DNA of 64,000 nucleotides from NCBI RefSeq assembly GCF_009914755.1, contig NC_060925.1. One strand, given 5' to 3'. This document shows, in pieces, positions 29,301 to 49,822 of the stretch (position 1 is its first letter; each line of letters begins with the position of its first letter). The DNA comes from the human T2T-CHM13v2.0 reference genome, Homo sapiens. The notes beneath the pieces were generated by a model. It was not told the origin of the DNA. It was given only the letters and a program-made list of their open reading frames with translations, and did no database searches. Both the position numbers and the translations under genes were made by a program.

Positions 29301-32300
29301 ACTGTGACTTACCTCTGCACTGATCACCCAGGAGATGTTACTCTTGTCTAAGCTGTGCCTAGAGGGACATTGGGACATATCTCTGCACTGATCGCTGAGG
29401 TGATGTAAAACATCTCTAGGTTTTGCCTACTGTGGGATTTATGACATATGTCTGCACTGATCACCCAGGTAATGTAACTCTTATCTTGGCTCTGCTTACA
29501 TGGGGTATTGTGAGATATCTCTGCACTGATCACTCAGGTGATGTAACTCTTGTCTAGGCTCTGCCTACAGGGGCATTTTAACATATCACTGCACTCACCA
29601 CCGAGATGATGTAACTCTTGTATAGACTTCGCAGACAGGGGGCATTGAGACATATCTCTGCACTGATCACCGAGGTGATGCAACTCTTGTCTGGGATCTG
29701 CTTACAGTGGGCATTGTGACAAATCTCTGCCCTGATCACCCAGGTGATGTAACTCTTGTCTAGGGTCTGCCTACTGGAGACATTGTGACATATCTCCGCA
29801 CTGATCACCCAGGTGATGTCACTTTTCTCAAGGATATGGCTACACGAACATTGTGACATCTCACTGCACTGATCACACAGCTGATGTAACTCTTGACTAT
29901 GCTCTGGCTACATGGGGTTTGTGACACATCTCTGCACTGATCACCCAGGTGATGTAACCATTGTCTAGGCTCTGCCAAAAGTGGGCATTGTGACATAACT
30001 CTGCACAGATCACTCACTTGATGGGACTCTTGTCTAGGCTCTGCCTACATGGGCATTGTGACATATCTCTGCAGTGATCACGCAGATGATGTAACTCTTG
30101 TCTATATCTGTCTACTGGCGGCATTGTGGCATATTTCTGCAAAGATCACCCTGGTGATGGACTCTTGTCTTGGATCTGCCTATGGGCCGTAGTGACATAT
30201 CTCTGCACTGATCACTCATGTGATATAACACTTGTGTAAGCTGCGCCTAAATGGGAATTGTGAGATATATCTCCAGTGATCACCAAGGTGATGTAACAAT
30301 TTTCTGGGATTTGTCTACAGGGCGCTTTGTGACATATCTTTGCACTGATCACCCAGGAGATGTAACTCTTGTCTAGGCTCGGCCTACAGGGCTTTGTGTC
30401 ATATTTCTGCACTGATCACCCAGGTGATGTAACTCTTGTTTAGGCTCTGCCTACAGGGGCTTTGTGATATATCTCTGCACTGATCACCCAGGTTATGTAA
30501 CTCTTGTCTAGGCTCCACCTACAAGGGATATTGTGACGTATCTCTGCACTGCTCACTTAGGTGATGTAACTGTTGTCTAGGCTCCACCCACAGGGTGTAT
30601 TGTGACGTCCCTCTGCACTGATCACCCAGGTGATGTAACATTTATCCAGGCTCTGCCTACTGGGGCATTTTGACATAGCTCTGCACAGATCACCTAGGTT
30701 ATGTAACTCTTGTACCCTCTCTGCCTACAGGGGGCATTGTGAAATATCTCTGCACTGATCACCCAGGTGATGGGACTCTTCTCTATACTCTGCCTAGTAG
30801 GAGATTTGTGATATATCTCTGCACTGATCACCCAGGTGATGGAAGTCTTGTCTAGGCTCTGTCTATGGGGGCATTGTGTCAAATATCTGCACTGATCACC
30901 CAGGTGATGTTTCTCTTGTCTAGGCTCTGTCTACAGGGATTTTTTTTGACATATCACTGTGCTGATCACCTAGGTGATATAAGCCTTGTATGGGCGTTGC
31001 CTACAGATGGCTTTGTGACATATCTATGTAGTGATCTCTGAGGTGATGCAACTCTTGTCTAGGCACTGCCTACAGCGGACATTCGTACATATCTCTGCAC
31101 TGATCACCCAGGTTATGTCACTTTTGTCAAGGATATGGCTACAGGGACATTTTGACATGTCACTGCCCTGATCACACAGCTGATGTAACTCTTGTCTAGG
31201 GTCTAGCTACAGGGGGCTTGTGACACATCTCTGCACTGATCACCCAGGTGATGTAACTCTTGTCTAGGCTCTGCCAAAAGGGAGCATTGTGACATAACTG
31301 CACTGATCACCCAGGTGATGGGACACTTCTCTAGGCTCTGCCTACAGGGGCATTGTGACATATCTCTGCAGTGATCACGCAGGTGATGTAACTCTTGTCT
31401 ATATATGCCTACTGGAGGCATTGTGGCATATTTCTGCACTGATCACCCAGGTGATGGACTCTTGTCTTGGATCTGCCTATGGGGCCATAGTGACATATCT
31501 CTGCACTGATCACTCATGTGATGTAACGATTGTCTATGCTGCGCCTAAAGGGGAATTGTGACAGATATCTCCACTGATCACCCAGGTGACGTAACAATTT
31601 TCTGGGATTTGTCTACAAGGGGTTTTGTGACATATATTTGCACTGATCACCCAGGAGATGTAACTCTTGTCTAGTCTCGGCCTACAGGGGCTTTGTGACA
31701 TATTTCTGCACTGATCACCCAGGTGATGTAACTCTTGCCTAGGCTCCACCTACTGGGGTATTGTGATGTATCTCTGCACTGATCACCCAGGTGATGTAAC
31801 ATTTATATAGGCTCTGCCTACAGGGGCGTTTTGACATAGCTCTGCAGAGATCACCTAGGTTGTATAACTCTGGTCCACTCTCTGCCTAAAGGGGGCATTG
31901 TGAAATATCTCTGCACTGATCACCCAGTTGATGTAAGTCTGGTCTAAGCTCTGCCTAAAGGGGCATTGTGACAGCTCTCTGCACTGATCACTCAGATGAT
32001 GTAACTATTGTCTAGGCACTGCTTAAAGGGGCCTTTTCACATATCTCTGCATTGATCACCCAGGTGATGTTACTCTTTTCTAGGCTCTGCTTACAGGGGA
32101 TATTGGGACATATCTCTGCACTGGTCACCTAAAGGATGTAACACTTGTGTAGGCTCTGCCTGCAGGGGCATTGGGAAATATCTCTGCACTGATCACCCAG
32201 GTGATGGGACCCTTCTCTAGGTTCTGCTTACTGAGGGCATTGTCACACATGTCTGCACTTATCACCCAGGTGACGGACTCTTGACCTGGATTTGCCTATG

Positions 32301-35300
32301 GTGGCATTGTGACATATCTCTGCACTGATCACCCATGTGATGTAACTCTGGTCTAAGCTCTGCCTAAAAGGGCATTGTGACAGATCTCTGCACTGATCAC
32401 CTAGGTGATGTAACCCTTGTCTAGGATCTGCTTAAAGGGGTATTTTGATATATCTCTTCACTGATCACCTAAGTGATGTAACACTTCTGTAGGCTCTGCC
32501 TGCAGGTGCATTTTGACATATCTCTGCACTGTTAACAGAGGTGATGTAACTCTTGTCTAGTCTGTGCCCACAGGGGGACTGAGACATATCTCTGCACTGA
32601 TCCCAAGGTGATCCAACTCTTGCCTGGTCTCTGCCCACTGGGGACATTGTGACTTATCTCTGCACTGATCTCCCAGGTGATGTAACTTTAGTCTAGGCTC
32701 TGGCTACACGGCATTGTGATATATCACGGCACTTATCACCCAGGTGATATAACTCTTGTTTAAGCTCTGCCTACATGTGGCTTGTGACATATCCCTGCAA
32801 TGATCTCCCAGGTGATGTACCACTTGTCAAGGCTCTGCCTACAGGGGCATTTTGATGTATCTCTTCGCTGATCACCTAGGTCATGTAACTCTTTTCTAGG
32901 CTCTGCCTACAGTGGCATTTTGACATATGTCTGCACTCATCACCCAGGTGATGTAACTCTTTTCTAGGATCTGCCTACAGGTTGCTTTGTGACATATCAC
33001 TGCAATGATCACCCAGGTGATGTACCACTTGTCAAGGCTCTGCCTACAGGGACATTGCGATGTATTTCTGCACTGATCACCTAGGTCATGTAACTCTTGT
33101 CTAGGCACTGCCTACAATGGCATTATGACATATCTCTGCACTGATCACCCAGGTGATGCAACTCTTGTCAAGACTCTGCTTACAGGGGTTATTGTGAGAT
33201 ATCTCTGCACTGATCACCCAGGTGATGTAACTCTTGTCTGGGCTCTGCCTACAGGGACATTTTAACATACCACTGCACTGATGACCGAGATGATGTAACT
33301 CTTGTAAAGGCTCGCCGACAGGGGGCATGGAGACATATCTCTGAACTGATCACCGAGGTGATGGAACTCTTGTCTGGGATATGCTTACAGGGGGCATTGT
33401 GACACATCTCTGCCCTGATCACCCAGGTGATGTAACTCCTGTATAGGCTCTGCCTATTGGAGGCCTTGTGACATATCTCCGCACTGATCACCCAGGTGAT
33501 GTCACTTTTCTCAAGGATATGGCTACAGGGACATTGTGACATCTCACTGCACTGATCACACAGCTGATGTAACTCTTGTCTACGCTCTGGCTACAGGGGG
33601 CTTGTGACACATCTCTGCACTGATCACCGAGGTGATGTAACCTTTGTCTAGGCTCTACCAAAAGGGGGCATTGTGACATAACTCAGCACTGATCACCCAG
33701 GTGATGGGACATTTGTCTAGGCTCTGCCTACAGGGGCATTGTGACATATCTCTGCAGTGATCACGCAGGTGATGTCACTCTTGTCTATATCTGCCTACTG
33801 GTGGCATTGTGGTATATTTCTGCACTGATCACCCAGGTGATGGAATCTTGTCTTGGATCTGCCTACGGGGGCGTAGTGACATATCTCTGCACTGATCACT
33901 CATGTGATGTAATGCTTGTTTAAGCTGCGCCTAAAGGGGAATTGTGACAGATACCTCCACTGATCTGCCAGGAGATGTAACGATTTTCTGAGATTTGTCT
34001 ACAGGGGGCTTTGTGACATATCTTTTCACTGATCACCCAGGAGATGTAACTCTTGTCTAGGCTCGGCCTACAGGGGCTTTGTGACATATTTCTGCACTGA
34101 GCACCCAGGTGATGTAACTCTTGCTTAGGCTCTGCCTACAGAGGCTTTGTGACATATTTCTGTACTGATCACGCAGGTGATGTAACTCTTGTCTAGGCTA
34201 CACCTACAGGGGGTATTGTGACGTATCTCTGCACTGATCACCCAGGTGATGTAACATTTATCTAGGCTCTGCCTACAGGGGCGTTTTGACACAGTTCTGC
34301 ACAGATCACCTAGGTTATGTAACTCTTGTCCACTCTCTGCCTACAGGGGGCATTGTGAAATATCTCTGCACTGATCACCCAGGTGATGGGACTCTTCTCT
34401 ATACTCTGACTACAGGGGGATTTGTGACATATCTCTGCACTGATCACCCAGGTGATGGAAGTCTTGTCTAGGCTCTGTCTATGGGGGCATTGTGTCAAAT
34501 ATCTGCACTGATCACCGACGTGATGTAACTCTTTTCTAGGCTCTGTCTATGGGCGCATTGTGTCAAATATCTGTACTGATCACCCAGGTGTTGTAACTCT
34601 TTTCTAGGCTCTGTCTATAGGGATTTTTAGACATATCACTGCACTGATCACCTAGGTGTTGTAAACCTTGTATGGACTTTGCCTACAGAAGGCTTTGTGA
34701 CATATCTATGCAATGATCTCTGAGGTGATGCCACTCTTGTCGAGGCACAGCCTACAAGTGCATTGGTAGATATCTCTGCACTGATCACCCACGTGATGGA
34801 CACTTCTCTTAGTTCTGCCTATATGGACATTGTGACACATCTCTGAACTGATCAACCAAGTGATGAAGCTCTTGTCTAGGATCTGCTACAGGGGCTTTGT
34901 GACACATCTCTGCACTGATCAACCTGGGGAGGGAACTCTTGTCTACGCCTTGTCTACAGGAGGTTTTATGACGTATACCTGCACTGATTACCTAGGTGAT
35001 GTAACACTTGTCTAGGCTCTACCTACACGGGAATTCTCACATATCTGCACTGATCACCCGGGTGATGTAACGCCTGTCTAGGTTCAGCCTACAGGAGCGT
35101 TTTGACATATCTCTGCACTGATCATCCAGGTGATGTAACCCTTGTCTTAGCTCTGCCTACAGGGGCATTGTGACAGATCTCTCCACTGCTCACCCAGGCG
35201 ATGTAACCATTGTCTGGGCTTTGCCTACAGGGGGCTTCGTGATATAGATTTCCACTGATCAAACAGGTGATGTAACCCTTTTCAAGGTTCTGCTTACAGG

Positions 35301-35708
35301 GGCTTTGTGACATATCTCTGCACTGATCACTCCAGGGAGGAAACACTTGTCCACACTCTGCCTAAAGGAGGCTTCACGAATTACCCCTGCACTGATCACT
35401 AGGTGATGTAACACTTGTCTAGGCTCTGTCTACACGGGAATTTTCACATATCTCTACAGTGATCACCAAATTGATGTAACCCTTGTCTAGGTTCAGCCTA
35501 CTGGGGATTTCTGACATACCTATGCACTGATCACCGAGGTGATGTAAATCATTTCCAGTCTTTTTGTACAGGGGACATTGTGATATATCTCTGCACTGAT
35601 CACCCAAATGATGCAAATCTTCTCTACGCTCTGCAGGGAGGGGGCATTGTGACATATTTCTGAACTGAACATCCAGGAGATGTAACTATTCTCCAGGCTT
35701 TGACTATA
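26309..35708 (-). repeat. Beta satellite array
   Basis: 68-bp monomers. Confidence 0.97.
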
Positions 35709-38496
<2,788 letters not shown>

Positions 38497-41400
38497 TGAC
38501 CCATCTCTGAAATGATCAACAAAGTGACTTAACACTTGTCTAAGCTCTGCCTACAGGGGCTTTGTGATATATGTCTGCACAGATCACCCAGGTGATGGGA
38601 CTTTTGTCTAGGCTCTGCCTATGGGGGCATTGTGACATAACTCTACAATGATCAACCAGGTGATGTAACTCTTGTGTTGGATCTGCCTATGGTGGCATTG
38701 TGACATATTTCTGCACTGATCACCCAGGTGATGTAACGCTTGACTAGGCTCTGCCTACGGGGTATAGTGAAATATCACTGCAATGATCACCACGGTGATG
38801 TAACTCTTGTCCAGGCTCTGCGTATAGGGGGCCTTGTGACATATCTCTGCACTGATCATCTTGGAGATGTTACTCTTGCTTACGCTCTGCCAGCAGGGGC
38901 ATTGTGAAATATCCCTGCACTGATCACCCAGGTGATGGGACTCTTCTCTAGGCTCTGCTTACTGGGGGCATTGTCACACGTGCCTGCCCTGATTACCCAG
39001 GAGACGGACTATTGTGTTGGATTTGCCTATAGGGGCATTGTGACATATCTCTGCACTGATCACCCAGGTGATGTAACTCTGGTCTAAGCTATGCCTAAAG
39101 GGGCATTGTGAGAGATTTCTGCACTGGTCACTCAGGTTATGTAACTCTTGTCTAGGCTTTATTTACAGGGGGTATTGTGACATATCTCTGCACTGATCAC
39201 CTAAGTGATGTAACACTTGTGTAGGATCTGCCTACAGGGGAATTTTGACATATCTCTGCACTGTTAACCGAGGTGATGTATCTCTTGTCTAAGCTGTGCC
39301 CACAGGAGGATTGAGACATATCTCTGCACTGATCCCGAGGTGATCAACCTCTTGCCTGGTCTCTGCCTACTGGGGACATTGTGACATGTCTCTGCACTGA
39401 TCTCCCAGGTGCTGTAACTTTAGTCTAGGATCTGGCTACATGGCAATGTGACATATCACTGCACTGATCACCCAGGTGATATAACTCTTTTCTATTCTCT
39501 GCCTATAGGGGGTTTGTGACATATCTCTGCACTGATCACCCAGGTGATATAACTCTTCTCTAGGATCTGCCTACAGGGTGCTTTGTGACATCCCTGCAAT
39601 GATCACCCAGGTGATATACCACTTGTCAAGGCTCTGCCTATAAGGGCATTGTGATGTATCTCTGCACTGATCACCTAGGTCATATAACTCTTGTCTACGC
39701 TCTGCCTACAGAGGCATTTTGACATATCTCTGCACTGATCACCCAGGTGATGTAACTCTTTTCTAGGATCTGCCTACATGGTGCTTTGTGACATATCCCT
39801 GCAATGATCACACAGGTGATGTACAACTTGCCAAGGCTCTGCCTACAAGGACATTGCGATGTATTTCTACACTGATCACCTAGGTCATGAAACTCTTGTC
39901 TAGCCTCTGCCTACAATGGCATTGTGACATATCTCTGCACTGATCATCCAAGTGATGTAACACTTATCTAGGATCTGCCTAAAGGGACTTTGTGACATAA
40001 CTCTGCACTGATCATCCAGGTGATGGGGCTTTTGTCTAGGCTATCACCCAGGTTATGTCATTTTGGCAAGGATATGGCTACAGGGACATTGTGACATGTC
40101 ATTGCACTGATCACACAGCTGATGTAACTCTTGTCAAGGCTCTGGCTACTGGGGCTTGTGACACATCTCTGCACTGATCACCCAGGTGATGTAATCCTTG
40201 TCTAGGCTGTGCGAAAAGGGGCATTGTGACATAACTCGGCACTGATCAGACAGGTGTTGGGACACTTGTCTAGGCTCTGCCTACAGGGGCATTGTGACAT
40301 ATCTCTGCAGTGATAACGCAGGTGATGTAACTCTTGTCTATATCTGCCTACTGGTGGCATTGTGGCATATTTCTGCACTGACCACACACGAGATGGACTC
40401 TTGTCTTGGATCTGCCTATGGGGACATTGTGACATATCTCTGCACTGATCACCCAGGTGATGGAACTGTTGTATAAGCTCTGCCTACAGGGGAATTGTGA
40501 GAGATCTCGCCACTGATCACCCAAGTGATGTAACTATTGTCTAGGCTTTGCCTACAAGGGGCTTTGTGACATACCTTTGCACTGATCACCCAGGTGATGT
40601 AACTCATCTAAGCTCGGCCTACTGGAGCTTTGTGACATATCTCTGCACTGATCACTTAGGTTATGTAACACTTTTATAAGCACTGCCTACAGGGAATTTC
40701 GACAAATCTCTGCACTGATCACCTAGGTGATGTAACTCTTGTCTACCCTCTGCCCAAAGGGGGCATTGTGAAATATCTCTGCACTGATTACCCAGGTGAG
40801 GGGCTCTTGTCTAGGTTCTGTGTATTGGGGCTTTGTGACATATATCTGCACTGATCACCCAGGTAATAAAACGCTTGACTAGGCTCTGCCTACGGGGCAT
40901 AGAGACATATCACTTCATTGATCACCAAGGTGATGTAACTGTTGTCCAGGCTCTGCCTATAGGGGGTCTTGTGACATATCTCTGCACCGATCATCTTGGT
41001 GGTGTAACTCTTGCTTATGCTCTGCCTGCAGGGGCATTGTGAAATATCTCTACCTTGATCACCCACGTGATGGGACTCCTCTCTAGGCTCTGCCTCCTGG
41101 GGGCATTGTCACATATTTCTGCACTGATCACCCAGGTGACGGACTCTTGTCTTGGATTTGTCTATGGGGGCATTGTGACATATCTCTGCACTGATCACCC
41201 AGTTGATGTAACTCTAGTCTAAGCTCTGCCTAAAGGGGCATTGTGACAGACGTCTGCAATGATCACTCATGTGATGTAACTATTGTCTAGGCTCTGCCTA
41301 AAGGGGCCTTGTCACATATCTCTGCACCGATCACCCAGGTTATATAACACTTGTCTAGGCTCTGCTTACATGTGGTATTGTGACATATCTCTGCACTGAT

Positions 41401-44400
41401 CAGCTAAGTGATGTAACACTTGTGTAGGCTCTACCTACAGGGGCATTTTGACATATCTCTGCACTGTTAACCGAGGTGATGTAACTCTTGTCTACGCTGT
41501 GCCCACAGGAGGATTGAGACATATCTCTGCACTGAAGCCGAGGTGATCCAAATCTTGCCTGGTCTCTGCCTACTGGGGACATTGTGACATATCTCTGCAC
41601 TGATCTCCCATGTGCTGTAACTTTAATCCAAGCTCTGGCTACACGGCATTGTGACTTTTCACTGCACTGATCACCCAGGTGATATAACTGTTGTCTAGGC
41701 TCTGCCTACAGGGGACTTGTGACATACACCTGCACTGATCACCCAGGTGATATAACTCTTCTCTAGGATCTGCCTACAGGGTGCTTTATGACATATCCCT
41801 GCAATGATCACCCAGGTGATATACCACTTGTCAAGGCTCTGCCTATAGGGGCATTGCGATGTATCTCTGCACTGATAAGCTAGGTCATGTAACTCTTGTC
41901 TAGGCTCTGCCTACAGTGGCATTGTGACATACCTCTGCACTGATCACCCAGGTGATGTAACTCTTATCTAGGATCTGCCTGCAGGATGCTTTGTGACATA
42001 TCCCTGCAATGATCACCCAGTTGATGTACCACTTGTGAAGGCTCTGCCTACTGGGACATTGAGACGTATCTCTGCACTGACCACCTAGGTCATGTAACTC
42101 TTGTCTAGGCTCTGCGTACAGGGGCATTTTATTATATCACTTCACTGATCACCGAGATGATGTAACTCTTGTATAGGCTTCACCGACAGTGGGCATTGTG
42201 ACATGTCTCTCCACTGATCACCGAGGTGATGCCACTCTTGTCTGGGATCTTCTTACAGGGGGCATTGTGGCGTATATCTGCCCTGATCTCCCAAGTGAGG
42301 TAACTGTTGTCTAGGCTCTGCCTACTAGAGACATTGTGACATATCTCCGCACTGATCACCCAGATGATGTCACTTTTGTCAAGGATATGGCTACAGGGGC
42401 ATTGTGACATGTTACTGCACTTATCACACAGCTGATGTAACCCTTGTCTAATCTCTGGCTGGAGGGGCTTGTGACACATCTCTGCACTTATCACCCAGGT
42501 GATGTAACCCTTGTCTAGGCTCTGCCAAAAGGGGACATTGCGACATAACTCTGCACTGATCACGCAGGTGATGGGACTCTTGTCTGGGCTCTGCCTAGAG
42601 GGGTATTGTGACATATCTCTGCAGTGATCACGCAGGTGATGTAACTCTTTTCTATATCTGCCTACTGGTGGCATTGTGACATATTTCTGCACTGATCACG
42701 CAGGTGATGGACTCTTGTCTTGGATCTGCCTATGGGGGCATAGTGACATATCTCTGCACTGATCACTCATGTGATGTAACGCTTGTCTAAGCTGTGCCTA
42801 AAGGGGAATTGTGTCAGATATCTCCGCTGATCACCAAGGTGATGTAACAATTTTCTGGGAATTGTCTACAGGGAGCTTTGTGACATATCTTTACACTGAA
42901 CACCCAGGAGATGTAACACTTGTCTAGGCTCCGCTTAAAGGGGCTTTGTCACATATCTCTGCATTGATCACCCAGGTGATGTAATGCTTGTCTAGGCTCT
43001 GCTTACAGGGTGTATTGTGACATATCTCTGCACTGATCACCCAGGTGATATAACTCTTCTCTGGGATCTGCCTACAGGGTGCTTTGTGACATATCCCAGC
43101 AATGATCACCAAGGTGATATACCACTTGTCAAGGCTCTTCCTACAGGGGCATTGCGATGTATCTCAGCACTGATCACCTAGGTCATGTAACTCTTGTCTA
43201 TGCTCTGCCTACACTGGCATTGTGACATATCTCTGCACTGATCACCCAGGTGATGTAAATCTTGTCTAGGATCTGCCTAAAGGGACTTTGTGACATAAAT
43301 CTGCACTCATCAATCAGGTGATGGGGCTGTTGTATAGGCTCTGCCTAAGGGGGCATTGTGACATACTTCTGCACTGATCACCCAGGTGAAGGACTCTTGT
43401 CTTGGATCTGCCAATGGGGAATTCTGACATATTTCTGCAGTGATCACCCAGGTGATGTAACTGTAGTAAAAGCTCTGCCTACAGGGGAATTGTGAGAGAT
43501 CTCGCCTCTGATCACGCAAGTGATGTAACTATTGTCTAGGCTTTGCCTACAGGGGCTTTGTGACATACCTTTGCACAGATAACCCAGGTGATGTAACTCA
43601 TCTAACTTCTCCCTACAGGATCTTTGTGACATATCTCTGCACTGATCAATTAGGTGATGTAACACTTTTATAAGAACTGCCTACAGGGATTTTTGACAAA
43701 TCTCTGCAATGATCACCTAGGTGATGTAACTCTTGTCTACCCTCTGCCCAAAGGGGGCACTGTGAAATATCTCTGCATAAATTAACCAGGTGATTCAACA
43801 GTTGTCTAGGATATTCGTACAGGGGCTATTGTGAAATATCTCTGAACTGATAAACTAGGTGGTGTAACTCTTGTCTAGGCTCTGCCTACAGGGGCGTTTT
43901 CACATATCTCTGACCTGATGACAAAGGTGATGTAACTCTTGCCTAGGTTTTTCCCACAGTGCACATTGTGACATACATCTGCACTGATCACCCAGGTGAT
44001 GCAACTCTTGCCTAGGCTGTGCCTACAGGGGACATTGTGACATATCTCTGCACTGATCACCCAGGTGATGCAACTCTTCTCTATGCTCTACCTACAGGGG
44101 ACATTGAGACATATGTCTGCACTGATTACCCAGGTGATGCAACTCTTCTCTATGCTCTGCCTACAGGGGAATTTTGACATATTTCTGCACTGATCACCCA
44201 GGTGATGTAACAATTTTCTAGTCTCTGTCTACAGAGGGCGTTGTGACATCACTCTGCACGGATCACCCCGTTTATGTAACTCTTGTCTAGGCTCTGCCTA
44301 TGGGGACATTGTGACTTATCTCTGCACTGATCGCCCAGGAGATGTGACTCTTGTCTAAGCTCTGCCTAGAGGGACATTGGGACATATCTCTGCACTGATC

Positions 44401-47102
44401 GCTGAGGTGATGTAAAACTTGTCTACGATTTGCCTACAGTGGGATTTATGACATATCTCTGCACTGATCACCCCGGTGATGTACCTCTTGTCTAGGCTCT
44501 GCTTACAGGGGGTATTGTGAGATATCTCTGCACTGATCAACCAGGAGATATAACTCTTTTCTAGGCTCTGCCTATGGGGGCAATTTAACGTATCACTGCA
44601 CTGATGACCGAGATGATGTAACTCTTGTACAGGCTTCACCGACAGGGGCATTGAGACATATCTCTGCACTGATCACCGAGGTGATTCAGCTCTTCTCTGG
44701 GATCTGCTTACAGGGGGCATTGTGACATATCTCTGCCCTGATCACCCAGGTGCTGTAACCCTTGTCTAGGCTCTGCCTACTGGAGACATTGTGACATATC
44801 TCCGCACTGATCACCCAGGTGATGTCACTTTTCTCAAGGATATGGCTACAGGGACATTGTGACATCTCACTGCAATGATCACACAGGTGATGTAAACCTT
44901 GTCTAGGCTCTGGCTACAGGGCACTTTTTACACATCTCTGCACTGATCACCCAGGTGATGTAAACCTTGTCTAGGCTCTGCCAAAAGGGGGCATTGTGAC
45001 ATAACTCTGCACTGGACTCCCAGGTGATGGGACTCTTGTCTAGGCTCTGCCTACAGGGGCATTGTGACATATCTCTGCAGTGATCACGCAGGTGATGTAA
45101 CTTTTTTCTATATCTGCCTACTGGCGGCATTGTGGCATATTTCTGCACTCATCACCCAGGTGATGGACTCTATTCTTGGATCTGCCTATGGGGGCATAGT
45201 GACATATCTCTGCACTGATCACTCATGTGATGTAACGCTTGTCTAAGCTGCACCTAAAGGGGAATTGTGACAGATATCTCCACTGATCACCCAGGTGATG
45301 TAACAATTTTCTTGGATTTGTCTACAGGGGGCTTTGTGACATATCTTTGCACTGATCACCCAGGAGAGGTATCTGTTTTCTGGGCTCGGCCTTCAGGGGC
45401 TTTGGGACACATTTCTGTACTGATCACCCAGGAGATGTAACTCTTGTTTAGGCTCTGCCTACAGGGGATTTGTGACATATTTCTGTACTGATCACCCAGG
45501 TGATGTAACTCTTCTCTAGGCTCCACCTACAGGGTGTATTGTGACGTATCTCCACACTGATCACCCAGGTGATGTACCTCTTGTCTAGGCTCCACCTACA
45601 GGTGATATTGTGACGTATCTCTGCACTGATCACCCAGGTGATGTAACATTTATCTAGGCTCTGCCTACAGGGGCGTTTTGCCGTAGCTCTGCACAGATCA
45701 CCTCTGTTATGTAACTCTTGTCCACTCTCTGCCTACAGGGATCATTGTGAAATATCTCCACAACGATCACCGAGGTGAAGGTACTCTTCTCTATACACTG
45801 CCTAGAGAGATATATGTGACATATCTCGACACTGATCACCCGGCTGATGGAAGTCTTGTCTACGCTCTGTCTATGGGGGCATTGTGTCAAATATCTGCAC
45901 TGATCACCCAGGTGATGTAAATCTTTTCTAGGCTCTGTCTACAGGGATTTTGTGACATATCCCTGCACTGATCACCTAGGTGATGTAAGCCTTGTATGGG
46001 CTTTGCCTACTGAAGGCTATATGACATAACTATGCACTGATCTCTGAGGTGATGCAACTCTTTTCTAGGCACTGCCTAAAGGGGACATTGGTACATATCT
46101 CTGCACTGATCACCCAGGTGATGGACCCTTGTCTTAGATCTGCCTACATGGACATTGTGACACATTCTGAACTGATCAACCAAGTGATGAAACTCTTGTC
46201 TTGGCTCTGCCTGCAGGGTCTTTGTGACACATTTCTGCACTGATCATCTTGGGGAGGAAACTCTTGTCTACGCTCTGCCTACAGGAGGCTTTATGACTTA
46301 TACCTGCACTGATAACGTAGGTGATGTAACTCTTGTCTAGGCTGTGCCTACACGGGAATTCTCACATATCTCTGCACTGATCACCCAGTTGATGTAACTT
46401 CTGTCTAGGTTCAGCCTACAGGAGCGTTTTGACATATCTCTACACTGGTCACCCAGGTGATGTAAACCCTGTCTAAGCTCTGCCTACAGGGGCTTTGTGA
46501 CAGATATCTCCTCTGCTCACCCAGGTGATGTAACAGTTGTCTGGGCTATGCCTACAGGGGCTTTGTGATATACATTTCCACTCATCAAACAGGTGATGTA
46601 ACAGTTGTCTGGGCTATGCCTACAGGGGCTTTGTGATATACATTTCCACTCATCAAACAGGTGATGTAACCCTTGTCAAGGTTCTGCTTACAGGGGCTTT
46701 GTGACATATCTCTGCACTGATCACCCCAGGGAGGAAACACTTGTCTACACTCTGCCTACAGGAGGCTTTACGACTTATCCCTGCACTGATCCCTAGGTGA
46801 TGTAACACTTGTCTAGGCCGTGTCTACACGGGAATTTTCACATATCTCTACACTGATCACCTAAGTTTTTTAACGCTTGTCTAGGTTCAGCCTACTGAGT
46901 ATTTCTGACATACCTATGCACTGATCACCGAGGTGATGTAAATCATTTCCAGGCTTTTTGTACAGGGGACATTGTGATATATCTCTGCACTTATCACCCC
47001 AATGATGCAAATCTTCTCTAGGCTCCGCATGGAGGGGGCATTGTGACATAATACTGAACTGATCATCCAGGAGATGTTACTATTCTACGAGCTTTGACTA
47101 AA
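38497..47102 (-). repeat. Beta satellite array
   Basis: 68-bp monomers. Confidence 0.97.
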
Positions 47103-49822
<2,720 letters not shown>
